DNA of 34,489 nucleotides from Candidatus Micrarchaeota archaeon (GTDB lineage Archaea; Micrarchaeota; Micrarchaeia; Norongarragalinales; SBBD01): NCBI GenBank assembly GCA_043813365.1, contig JBDRLB010000004.1, positions 1 to 34,489 of the forward strand, read 5' to 3'. Shown piece by piece: positions 26,072 to 34,489 of this stretch (position 1 is its first letter; each line of letters starts with the position of its first letter). The notes under the pieces were generated by a model. It saw only the letters and a program-made list of their open reading frames with translations, ran no database searches and was not told where the DNA came from. The position numbers and the translations under genes were made by a program.

Positions 26072-26935
26072 ATGATGGATCGAGTTCTCAGGGGAGCGCT
26101 TAAGCCCTTCATGGGCAGGGGCCTTGGTGCGAGAATCCCCGGCATATCGAAAATTTACGGGTTCGTCATGAATAAAAGGATCGGGCGCTGCGAAATAGAC
26201 GGCATGAAGATGTTCGTTGACATGGAGGATCGCATCGTGTCCAACGAACTATTCTACAAGGGGGTGTTCGAGCCCGAGGAAACGGCCCTGCTTAAGGAAC
26301 TGGTTAGGCCGGGCTCGGTTTTCGTCGATGTTGGCGCCCATATCGGTTACTACACGCTGCTGGCTGCAAAAAGGAAGGCGAAGGTGTACGCGTTTGAGCC
26401 ACAGGGGGGGAATTTTTCCCTGCTGAAAAGAAACGTCCATGCAAACGGATTCACCAATGTCTTCCTTTACAGGAAAGCGGTATCGGACAGGGGCGGGAGG
26501 AAAGTCAAGCTTTACTGCAACGTATCGAACAAGGGCAACAATTCCATTTTTGCAAAGGACGTCGTCGATAAATATGGGGAAGAGGAGGTCGGGACCGCCA
26601 CTTTGGACGGGGTTTTGGGGGGGAAAAAAGTGGACCTCATGAAAATCGATGTGGAGGGCGCCGAAATCAACGTCCTGAAGGGTGCGGGAGGCCTTATCGA
26701 GAAAAACCCCGGCATGAAAATAGTGGTTGAATTCACCCCCGCTTTCTACGGCTTTACGGCTGCCCTCCCCGAATTCCTGGAAAAAAAGGGGTTCTCCCTC
26801 AAGGTGGTTTCGGGAAAAGGATATGCGAACCTGAAAAAGCTGGATGAAAAGACGCTTAAAGATGTCATCCGGATTTCAAGGAAAAATGCGGCGTATAACA
26901 TCAATCTCCTTTGCGAGAGGCAAACGATAAATTAG
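26072..26935 (+). CDS. FkbM-family methyltransferase
   Basis: FEPEET, FVDVGAHIGYYTL, VYAFEP, TLD, MKIDVEGAE..VL.G. Confidence 0.92.
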   Translation: MMDRVLRGALKPFMGRGLGARIPGISKIYGFVMNKRIGRCEIDGMKMFVDMEDRIVSNELFYKGVFEPEETALLKELVRPGSVFVDVGAHIGYYTLLAAKRKAKVYAFEPQGGNFSLLKRNVHANGFTNVFLYRKAVSDRGGRKVKLYCNVSNKGNNSIFAKDVVDKYGEEEVGTATLDGVLGGKKVDLMKIDVEGAEINVLKGAGGLIEKNPGMKIVVEFTPAFYGFTAALPEFLEKKGFSLKVVSGKGYANLKKLDEKTLKDVIRISRKNAAYNINLLCERQTIN

Positions 26936-26956
26936 CTAAAATCCAATTTGATGCAT

Positions 26957-28063
26957 ATGAAAGCGCTCCTATTTTCTGATTTTTCCTTCCCTCCGAGGGG
27001 CGGGACGGAGCGGCACGTGATGGGAGTGGCTGATTATTTGACGGAACACGGATGGGAAGTGCATATCATCTCTCCTGCAGGAGGGGGCGAGAAAGCTGGG
27101 GATTGCAATGCAGGCAGGGTGCGGATCCACAAGTTCGATTTCCCATTGAAGGGGAATTTCCTTGTGAGAAGCCTTCTGTATTTCATACTGGGGTCGCGGC
27201 TCGTCTGGAAATACGGGATTGATGTCGTCGAGGGATTTTATACGATGCCCGCAATGATCGCAACCGCAATGGTGGCCAAAACCACCGGGAGGAAATACAT
27301 CGCAACACTATTCGAATGGGAGCTGTTTGACTGGCAGAGGAAGAGCTTCTGGAAATGGCCCATTGCCAGGTGGGCATTCGGGAGTGCGGACGTAATCACC
27401 ACCATCGGGCCTTCCTTCCAAAGGAAGATGAAAAAGGAATTCCCGAAAAAGGACGTGCGCGAGATCAGCAATTGGGTGGAGGGCGGTTTTTTTGAGGGAA
27501 GCAGGCCGATCCTAAAACCATCTAGGGAAAACAAGATACTTTTCATGGGAAGGCTTGTCGGGAACAAGGGGATTTATGTCCTTTTGAAGGCGCTTTCAAG
27601 AATAAAACGGGATTTGAAATTCAAATTGATCTTGGCGGGGCCGCCCATTGAAATTGATGGCGTGAAGCAGGCGAGCAAAAAACTGGGCATTCTGGAAAGA
27701 ATTGAGTTCCGCGGATTTGTTCCTGAAAAAGCGCTGCCAAAACTTTACAGGGAATGCGACATCCTCGCGTTCCCATCCATTTTGAGGGGAGGGATGGCGT
27801 TCGTGGTGATGGAAGCGATGGCTTGCGGGAAGCCCGTTGCCTGCTCTGATGATATCGGCCTTCGGGAGGGAGTGGGAAGAGGCGGCATCATCGTCAGGAA
27901 GGGCGACGATGCGGAACTTGCGCGGGCAATAAAAAAAATGCTGACGGACAGCCGCACATACGCAAATTGCAGCAGGAATGCACTGAAGCAGGCAAGAACG
28001 CTCTACTACAGGGAAAAGGTATTGGGGAAGTACCTGAAGGCGTATGTGGACGTCACAAGATAG
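26957..28063 (+). CDS. GT4-family glycosyltransferase
   Basis: FPPRGGTERHV, ILFMGRLVGNKG, FPS..GGMAFVVMEAMACGKPV. Alternative starts 26948/26951. Confidence 0.88.
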   Translation: MKALLFSDFSFPPRGGTERHVMGVADYLTEHGWEVHIISPAGGGEKAGDCNAGRVRIHKFDFPLKGNFLVRSLLYFILGSRLVWKYGIDVVEGFYTMPAMIATAMVAKTTGRKYIATLFEWELFDWQRKSFWKWPIARWAFGSADVITTIGPSFQRKMKKEFPKKDVREISNWVEGGFFEGSRPILKPSRENKILFMGRLVGNKGIYVLLKALSRIKRDLKFKLILAGPPIEIDGVKQASKKLGILERIEFRGFVPEKALPKLYRECDILAFPSILRGGMAFVVMEAMACGKPVACSDDIGLREGVGRGGIIVRKGDDAELARAIKKMLTDSRTYANCSRNALKQARTLYYREKVLGKYLKAYVDVTR

Positions 28064-28103
28064 GAAAATCATAGCCAGTTGATTAGTTGCCCAAATCCTC
28101 CGC

Positions 28104-28781
28104 TTATTTTTTCTTTTCCGCAACTCCGATCAGGCACTCCAGCATGGTTGTTGGAAGGAAGCTGTCCATGAAGAAGAATAGCTTTGCATTCCCGGGAATT
28201 GGTATCCCAAGGGCGCTCCCGTAGATTTTTTTCACCCTGAGCCCCGCCTTCCTCAATGCGTCGTGCAGGCGCTTCCTGTTGAAGAACTTCACGTGGTCAA
28301 CATGCATCGAATAAGCAGGCATGTGGCCGAAAAACACGAGTATGCGGTCGCGGAATGAGGTGAAATTCGGCGTTGTTACGATCACTTTGCCGCCGGGCTT
28401 CGTTACCCGCTTCAATTCCTTCAATGCCTTGTCCGTTTCCACGAAATGTTCGATTACTTCGGGCATTATGACGATGTCGAAGGTGTTGTCCTTGAAGGGA
28501 AGGTCCTGCGCCTTTGCCTTTATTACTTTCAGCCCCTTCTTCCTTGCCTGCCTTATGGGCCCGTCCTGCAAATCACAGCCGGTGTAATCATTGCCGTTGT
28601 CCTTCAGAATTTTTCCGATGAACCCGCCGCCGCAGCCCACATCCAGTATCTTGTGGCCGGTGCCGCAGATGTGGATCAGTTTCCGCATCTTCTTGTAATC
28701 ATACGATCTCCTGTATTCCTCCATCGTCGTTTCGGGCCGGTAATGCACCTGCACGCTTTCGATTTCATCCTTGTGTCTCAT
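28104..28781 (-). CDS. Class I SAM-dependent methyltransferase (UbiG/Methyltransf_11-like)
   Basis: ILDVGCGGG, LPFKDNTFD, EVIEHF, RVTKPGG...TTPN. Start moved to ATG 28781, which has an AGGTG RBS and no overlap with gmd. Confidence 0.88.
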   Translation of the reverse strand: MRHKDEIESVQVHYRPETTMEEYRRSYDYKKMRKLIHICGTGHKILDVGCGGGFIGKILKDNGNDYTGCDLQDGPIRQARKKGLKVIKAKAQDLPFKDNTFDIVIMPEVIEHFVETDKALKELKRVTKPGGKVIVTTPNFTSFRDRILVFFGHMPAYSMHVDHVKFFNRKRLHDALRKAGLRVKKIYGSALGIPIPGNAKLFFFMDSFLPTTMLECLIGVAEKKK

Positions 28782-28792
28782 AAGCCCGCACC

Positions 28793-29761
28793 TTAAGCCC
28801 GCGCTTTCCCCCTTTCCAAATCCGCATCCACCATCATCTTGACCAGCTTCTTGAAGGATGTTTTGGGCGACCAATTAAGCTGCTTCTTCGCTTTCGAGTA
28901 ATCGCCTTGCAATATTTCCACTTCAGCAGGCCGCAGGAATTTGGGGTCCGTTTTGATGTATTTCTGCCAATCAGGCAAGCCAGCTGCTGTGAAAGCTTCC
29001 GCAACGAATTCCTTCACAGTATGGGTTTCACCTGTTGCAATCACGTAATCATCCGGCTGCTTCTGTTGCAGCATGAGCCACATCGCCTCCACGTAATCGC
29101 CCGCAAAGCCCCAGTCGCGCTTCGCATCCAAATTTCCAAGGACGATTTCCTTCTGCTTCCCCTGCTTTATTTTGGCAGCACCCTGCGCTATTTTCCTCGT
29201 GACGAACTCTTCCCCCCTCCTTGGGGACTCGTGGTTGAAGCATATGCCGGAGCATGCGAACAGATTGTAGCTCTCTCGGTAGTTGATGGTGGCATAATGC
29301 GCGAACACCTTTGCAAAACCGTATGGTGAGCGCGGGTAGAAAGGCGTTCTCTCATTCTGCGGGGTTTCCCTCACTTTGCCGAACATTTCGCTGCTGCTCG
29401 CCTGGTAGAATTTGGTGTGCGGCGAGAAGTAACGTATCGCTTCCAGCACGCGGAGTGCGCCCAATGCGGTAACGTCGGCAGTATAAAGCGGCTCCTTGAA
29501 TGCGGTTTTCACGAATGACTGCGCTGCAAGGTTGTAGAGCTCGTCCGGCTGCGTGTCCTTAATTGCGGAATTGATGGATTGCTGGTCCCCCAAATCAGCT
29601 TCAATGAGATCGATTTTATCGAGCACGCCTTCGAGCCTCCAGAAATTCGGGGAGCTCTGCCTCCTTATCAAGCCATGCACTTCATATCCTTTCTTAAGCA
29701 GCAATTCTGCAAGGTAGGAGCCGTCCTGACCAGTTATTCCGGTAATAAGCGCCTTTTTCAT
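28793..29761 (-). CDS. gmd: GDP-mannose 4,6-dehydratase
   Basis: [68 protein letters not shown]. Confidence 0.96.
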   Translation of the reverse strand: MKKALITGITGQDGSYLAELLLKKGYEVHGLIRRQSSPNFWRLEGVLDKIDLIEADLGDQQSINSAIKDTQPDELYNLAAQSFVKTAFKEPLYTADVTALGALRVLEAIRYFSPHTKFYQASSSEMFGKVRETPQNERTPFYPRSPYGFAKVFAHYATINYRESYNLFACSGICFNHESPRRGEEFVTRKIAQGAAKIKQGKQKEIVLGNLDAKRDWGFAGDYVEAMWLMLQQKQPDDYVIATGETHTVKEFVAEAFTAAGLPDWQKYIKTDPKFLRPAEVEILQGDYSKAKKQLNWSPKTSFKKLVKMMVDADLERGKARA

Positions 29762-29771
29762 ATAAATCCCC

Positions 29772-30644
29772 TCAAATCAGCTCCATCAATTGCTCAACTG
29801 AAAGCATTCTGGGCGCGAACCCAAGCGCCTTCAATTTCGAGACGTCCGCCTCATTGCGCTTTGCGCTCGCGATGTCGAAATTATGCACCAGTTTCTTTTT
29901 AAAACCGCTTTCCTTCCTTTCAAAAGCGGAACGTATCATCTCTGCAAGCGACTTCATCGAGGTTTCCTTCCCCGAACCTACGTTATATGCTTCCCCCTTT
30001 GCGCCTTTTTCTGAAAGGAGAACCAGCGCCTCGCATACTTGCTCAACTGAAAGGAAATCCCTCGAGTTGGCGGAATTGCCCTCAATTTCAACCGAATCTC
30101 CCGGTGAATTCATCTTCTTGATGAGGTCGGGCACCACCCGTTCCACCTGCCCCTTCCCAAAAGCATTGAAAAGCCTCGCGATCACGACGTGCAGCCCTTT
30201 CCTTGCAAAAAAGCGGCAATATTCCTCCGCTACCAACTTGCTTTGCCCGTAGTATGAGGTCGGGAGGAGCGGATCCTCTTCCTTTACGGGAAGATGGGAA
30301 GGGAGGCCGTAAACGAAGGCGGATGAGGTGAAAACAACTGTTTTTACGGAGGCTTCCTCGGCTGCGCGGAGCACATTCAGGGTGCCCTTGGCATTGATTT
30401 CGAAATCCAATTCGGGATCCGAATCCGAAACCGTTGCACTTGAGATGCCTGCAAGATGGAAAATGCAATCGGCGCCATCCGCAGCCGCCTTCACTTCCCC
30501 ATAATCCCGGATGTCGCCTTTTATGTAAGCAGTTTGGGGAGCATTGGAGAAGCCCTTCACTTCCCACCCTTTTTCCTTTAGCAATTTGCAGAGCTCCTTC
30601 CCGATGAACCCGTCCGCGCCTGTTACCAAAGCTGTTTTTTTCAT
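29772..30644 (-). CDS. NAD(P)-dependent sugar epimerase/reductase (extended SDR), possibly Rmd-like 4-keto reductase
   Basis: [33 protein letters not shown]...[12 protein letters not shown]. Directly upstream of gmd. Start moved to ATG 30644. Confidence 0.8.
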   Translation of the reverse strand: MKKTALVTGADGFIGKELCKLLKEKGWEVKGFSNAPQTAYIKGDIRDYGEVKAAADGADCIFHLAGISSATVSDSDPELDFEINAKGTLNVLRAAEEASVKTVVFTSSAFVYGLPSHLPVKEEDPLLPTSYYGQSKLVAEEYCRFFARKGLHVVIARLFNAFGKGQVERVVPDLIKKMNSPGDSVEIEGNSANSRDFLSVEQVCEALVLLSEKGAKGEAYNVGSGKETSMKSLAEMIRSAFERKESGFKKKLVHNFDIASAKRNEADVSKLKALGFAPRMLSVEQLMELI

Positions 30645-30708
30645 AAGAAACACTTCCAGCAGAAGCATATGATGATAATGTTCTTAAAACGCTTGGGGAC
30701 TGCTTTCC

Positions 30709-32640
30709 TCATAGCAGCTTGCCCAATTCAACCGGCTTCCCCAGTTCATTCTGCTTCAGCCATAATTGGAGGGAAATCAGGCTCCATAATTGCCTTGCGC
30801 AGTAAGCTTTGGAGTAAGGGTAGCCGGAGATGATTTTTGCGATTTTCTCCTTCGAAAACAGCTTTTGCTCTTCATCAAGCAGCAACGTTTCCGAAATGGA
30901 TTTCAAATCCCCGCCGAACCAGTAATCAATCGGGACGAAGAAGCGCGCCTTTTTCCTTCCGGCAATTGATTTGGGGAGAAGGGGCGCCATCGCTTTGCGC
31001 AAAATGTATTTTTCCTTCGAGCCCTTCATTTTCATATTTGAAGGGATCGTGAATGCGAGTTCCGCAAGGGGCACATCCAGCAATGGTGCGCGCGCCTCAA
31101 CTGAAAAGGCCATCGTCATCTTGTCAACCTTCATCAGCAGGTCCTCCGGGAGTTCCGTTGCGATGTCGAACAGCTGCATCTGGGAGAGCATTTTTTCCGA
31201 AGAGCGGGAATTGATGATTTTGGAGCCGAAAGGGGAATAATCCCTTGCACTTAGCAGATCGGATGCATCCCCCGAATAAGCTTCATTCAGCCCATACAGC
31301 TCCTCCCTTTCCTTTTCAGTGCAGATCTGCACCAGATCCAAATAGCTCCTCGCGGGGCTGTCGAGGTCTGAAATGAACCCTGAGAAGCGCTCGATTCCCT
31401 TCTTCCCCAATGCGGAGGAGTACTTGAACATCCGGTCCAGCAGGAATTTCGGCGTTGCCCTTGCGGCATTTGCAAGCACGTGCTTCCTCACGATGCGGGG
31501 CACTTTTTTCCCGTATTTGTATGCGAGCTGCATGATCTTGTACTGCTCATACCCCGCGAAAATCTCATCCCCTCCCTCGCCCGTCAGTACAACCGTAACC
31601 TTCTTCTTCGCGAATTTGGAGAGGAAATAAGTCGGGATTGCAGTCGGGTCTGCCATGGGCTCGTCCAAATGCCATAAAATTTTAGGGAGCTCCCTTATTG
31701 ATGAGGGAGGGACGGTGATTTCATGGTGATCCGTTGAAAATTCCTCCGCAACCTGCTTTGCATAAGGAAGCTCGTCGTATTTCTCAACCCCGAACCCAAC
31801 TGAAAAAGTTTTTACCGGCCCATCTGAATGCTTCGCCATCAGCGCAACAACTGCCGAAGAGTCAAGCCCCCCGGAAAGGTAGGCTCCGAGCGGCACTTCG
31901 GACATCAGCCGTATCCTTACGGCCTCATCCAGCAGGTTCCTTACTTTTTTTGAAAAATACCCCTCGGAATGATTTTCAGGGGAATAATGCAAACCCCAAT
32001 AGCGCCCAATTCTCATTTTCCCGTTCTTCCATACCAAATAATGCGCAGGCGGGAGTTTTTTCGTATTCTTAAAAATTGTGCGCGGGGATGGGATGAACCG
32101 GTAAGCAAGGTATTCGTCAATTGCAGCGTAATCCAGGGATGCTTCGAATCCCGGAACCAGGCGGAGGGATTTTATTTCGGATGCGAATGCCAAATTGCCG
32201 TTGATTTCAGAGTAATAAAGCGGCTTTTTCCCGAATTTGTCCCTTGCAAGGAAGAGCTGCCTTTTCCTCGCATCCCAGATCGCGAATGCGAACATTCCCC
32301 GTAATTTATCAACTACGGCTTCCCCCCATTCCTCGTATCCGCGGACAATTGTTTCCGTATCCGAATTAGTGCGGAATTTGTGCCCCTTTTTCTCGAGCTC
32401 CTCCTTCAGCTGCCGGTAATTGTAAATCTCCCCATTGAAAACAATCGCATCCCCTTCATCATTGAAAATCGGCTGGTTGCCTCCCTTCACATCAATGATG
32501 GAAAGCCTCCGGTAGCCAAGTGAAATCCCCTTGTCAATGAATTTCCCGTAATGGTTGGGCCCCCGGTGCTCGATGGCGTCGCACATCTTCTTCAATAGTG
32601 ATTTATCCGCAATGCCCGCCAATCCGGCTATTCCGCACAT
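30709..32640 (-). CDS. asnB: Asparagine synthase (glutamine-hydrolysing)-family amidotransferase, probably glycan-amidating
   Basis: MCGIAG (Ntn Cys2), HRGP, RLSIID, FNGEIYN, SDTE, ARD.FG.KPLYY, LSGGLDSS, GEGGDEIFAGY, KVDKMTMAFSVEARAP. Confidence 0.92.
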   Translation of the reverse strand: MCGIAGLAGIADKSLLKKMCDAIEHRGPNHYGKFIDKGISLGYRRLSIIDVKGGNQPIFNDEGDAIVFNGEIYNYRQLKEELEKKGHKFRTNSDTETIVRGYEEWGEAVVDKLRGMFAFAIWDARKRQLFLARDKFGKKPLYYSEINGNLAFASEIKSLRLVPGFEASLDYAAIDEYLAYRFIPSPRTIFKNTKKLPPAHYLVWKNGKMRIGRYWGLHYSPENHSEGYFSKKVRNLLDEAVRIRLMSEVPLGAYLSGGLDSSAVVALMAKHSDGPVKTFSVGFGVEKYDELPYAKQVAEEFSTDHHEITVPPSSIRELPKILWHLDEPMADPTAIPTYFLSKFAKKKVTVVLTGEGGDEIFAGYEQYKIMQLAYKYGKKVPRIVRKHVLANAARATPKFLLDRMFKYSSALGKKGIERFSGFISDLDSPARSYLDLVQICTEKEREELYGLNEAYSGDASDLLSARDYSPFGSKIINSRSSEKMLSQMQLFDIATELPEDLLMKVDKMTMAFSVEARAPLLDVPLAELAFTIPSNMKMKGSKEKYILRKAMAPLLPKSIAGRKKARFFVPIDYWFGGDLKSISETLLLDEEQKLFSKEKIAKIISGYPYSKAYCARQLWSLISLQLWLKQNELGKPVELGKLL

Positions 32641-32733
32641 GCACTAAAAACCCCGCATAAGCTATAGAAAGGGGAAGAATAAAAAGAAATTGCGAAGAGG
32701 GGGGAAAGGGGATCGGCATTCTTCCCGTCGAAT

Positions 32734-33819
32734 TCAGCTGATTGTTGCAAGCCCCTTCCAGCTGTTGTCATTGTGATGGTATATTTTGGGGGAGAGGCCT
32801 GCGTTTGCAAACCACCTCTCGAACTGCGCCTTTTTGTAATACCTTGCAAGCGGCGCTGAAAGGAAATCGAAAACTATTGCCAATTTGTGCCTGAAGGAGA
32901 AGTTTGAGATGTAAATGAGGTATTTGAAAGACGGCAGATGGGGTGCAAGCGAATTGATGAGGGGGATCGCATTTGCGATTCTGTAAAATACGCAGCTCAG
33001 CTCCAGCAGCGCCGTGATGGGATAAGAGAGATAGTAAAGCACCTTATGCGGCAATTTGGAGGTGAAATATTTCCTGAAGGGCTCGATGAAGTTCACCATC
33101 ACGAAATTGCCCTCATGGCCGTAGATCCAGACGAAAATTTTCCCGCCCTTCCGTATGTGCTTGAGAAGTTTGCGGAAGCCCCTTTCCGGATGCGGCAAGT
33201 GGTGGATTACCCCGATGGAATAAACGACATCAAAAACGCGCTCGAATGGGAGGTTGTAGATGTCCGCCTGCACCAGATGCACGTTCTTCCGCTTTCCCAA
33301 ATTGAGCTGCGATGCATCAACTGCTTCCGAAAGGTCGATCCCGACAATTTCCTTCGCATATTCGCTTGCTACAAGCAGATGGCGGCCCATCCCGCAGCCC
33401 GCATCCAAAACAACCTTATTCTCGAACAGTTCCGGCTTGAAAGGCGCCATCCAGTCAAGGAACTGCTTCCGGTAAGCACCGTGCATTTCCGAAAATTCAT
33501 TCCATTCGAATCCGAATGATTTGGAAGTGCGCGTTTTGGCTGATTTCTCAAATTCCGAATCAGCCGATTTCCCTGCAAATTTTTTGAACCTCTTCCCGTA
33601 TTTCCTTACGAATTCGGGGTATTTTTCCCATACGAGCTCATCCATCATTGAAGAAGGGAGCATCCTTGGGGTATGATTGATTACCGGGTATTCGGCGCTG
33701 CAGCTTTTGCAGGTGAGCTTTCCTTCCGAAACCCCATCCGCATTCCCCTCGAATTTTTGCAGCTTCAAAGCGCCTTTGCATCCGGTGCAGCGCAGTATGG
33801 TTAGGAGGTATTTTCGCAT
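32734..33819 (-). CDS. Trm112-like zinc domain fused to a class I SAM methyltransferase
   Basis: N-terminus LL.ILRCTGCKG.L...EGKLTCKSC..EYPVI...PRML, then SFGFEW, VLDAGCGMGRH, QADIYNLPF, SIGVIHHLP. Confidence 0.87.
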   Translation of the reverse strand: MRKYLLTILRCTGCKGALKLQKFEGNADGVSEGKLTCKSCSAEYPVINHTPRMLPSSMMDELVWEKYPEFVRKYGKRFKKFAGKSADSEFEKSAKTRTSKSFGFEWNEFSEMHGAYRKQFLDWMAPFKPELFENKVVLDAGCGMGRHLLVASEYAKEIVGIDLSEAVDASQLNLGKRKNVHLVQADIYNLPFERVFDVVYSIGVIHHLPHPERGFRKLLKHIRKGGKIFVWIYGHEGNFVMVNFIEPFRKYFTSKLPHKVLYYLSYPITALLELSCVFYRIANAIPLINSLAPHLPSFKYLIYISNFSFRHKLAIVFDFLSAPLARYYKKAQFERWFANAGLSPKIYHHNDNSWKGLATIS

Positions 33820-33830
33820 GGAATTCTCGC

Positions 33831-34489
33831 CTAAATTGATTTTTCAATCTCGTATTCGCTCTCCTTGGCAACTCCGTAGTAGGTGCGCACCATTATCTCG
33901 CCAAGGAAGCCGAATATCACGAACTGGACGCCCATTATTGCAAGGATGGCCGCAAGAAGGAGCGCGGTTGTAACGGTTATTGGTTTCCCGAAGAAGAGGA
34001 AATCCGCAATTTTTATGAGCGCAATAAGCCCTGCAAATGCGAACATGAAAAAGCCAAGCAAGCCGAATAGGTGCAGCGGCCTTGTTGAGAAGGAGCTCCA
34101 GAATTTTATGTAAAGGAGGTCGAGAAAGCCCTTCAGCAGGCGCGTGAAATTATACTTGGTTTTGCCGAATTTCCTTGGGCAATGATTCACTTTCACTTCG
34201 GAGATGCGGAATCCTTTCGTTGCCAGAATGGCGGGTATGAACCGGTGCATTTCCCCAAATAACCTAAGGTCCTTGAGCGTTTCCTTCCTATATGCTTTGA
34301 GCGAGCAGCCCGAATCATGGATTTTCAGCCCTGTTAATTTCCTAGAGAGCCAGTTTGAGAACAGCGAGGGCGCCTTTTTTGTGAAAGCCGCATCCTTCCT
34401 GTCAAATCGCCATCCGGAAACAACATCGTATCCCTTATCGAGCTCCTTCAAAAGAAGCGGGATGTCTGCGGGATCATTCTGCAAATCGC
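33831..34489 (-). CDS. GT2-family polyprenol-phosphate glycosyltransferase (GtrB/ArnC-like), 3' part only
   Basis: DLQNDPADIP, GYDVVSGWR, DSGCSLKAYR, GEMHRFIP, R..G.TKY, two C-terminal TM helices, GFLGEI. Frame is open to the window edge. Confidence 0.9.
   Translation of the reverse strand, partial: DLQNDPADIPLLLKELDKGYDVVSGWRFDRKDAAFTKKAPSLFSNWLSRKLTGLKIHDSGCSLKAYRKETLKDLRLFGEMHRFIPAILATKGFRISEVKVNHCPRKFGKTKYNFTRLLKGFLDLLYIKFWSSFSTRPLHLFGLLGFFMFAFAGLIALIKIADFLFFGKPITVTTALLLAAILAIMGVQFVIFGFLGEIMVRTYYGVAKESEYEIEKSI

Noticed and set aside
22951..26623. G7 tracts in methyltransferase genes (22951-22957, 26404-26410, 26617-26623) and T8 tracts elsewhere as phase-variation switches
   Set aside because: The tracts are short, all frames are intact, and G/A runs are common throughout these purine-rich coding strands.
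26064..26949. Imperfect inverted repeat AAATTTGGAT / ATCCAATTT around the FkbM gene
   Set aside because: Too short and AT-rich, needs a gap, and is compatible with chance.
1..34489. CRISPR array, rRNA/tRNA genes, transposase, integrase or prophage genes
   Set aside because: None recognised. Intergenic gaps are short (under about 200 bp) with no periodic repeats.

Overview
Archaeal chromosomal segment, almost fully coding. The archaeal call rests on an Alba C-terminus, the AglB oligosaccharyltransferase, an AglH/Alg7-type GlcNAc-1-P transferase, TATA-like boxes and GGGGGTG/GAGGTG ribosome-binding sites. The style fits a DPANN/Micrarchaeota-like organism, but that assignment is inference only. 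After alba, a low-GC GT4 gene and argS, the window is a large N-glycosylation/surface-glycan locus. It holds aglH-aglB, about eleven further glycosyltransferases (GT2, GT4, one GT9, one GT-C-like), a Wzx/AglR flippase, a GtrA flippase, galU, gmd plus an Rmd-like SDR, a CDP-glucose-4,6-dehydratase-like SDR, an NDP-sugar C-methyltransferase, five other SAM methyltransferases and an AsnB-type amidotransferase. Most notable: (1) an ADP-heptose pathway (gmhA, gmhB, split hldA/hldC) with a GT9 heptosyltransferase beside aglB, in a cell that should have no LPS; (2) an ORFan with an ADP-ribosyltransferase-like signature directly upstream of the GT9 gene, flanked by a 13-bp near-perfect direct repeat; (3) an AT-rich GT4 gene bounded by a 9-bp direct repeat and an 11-bp inverted repeat. 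No rRNA, tRNA, CRISPR array or transposase was recognised. All protein assignments come from motif recognition by eye, without database searches.
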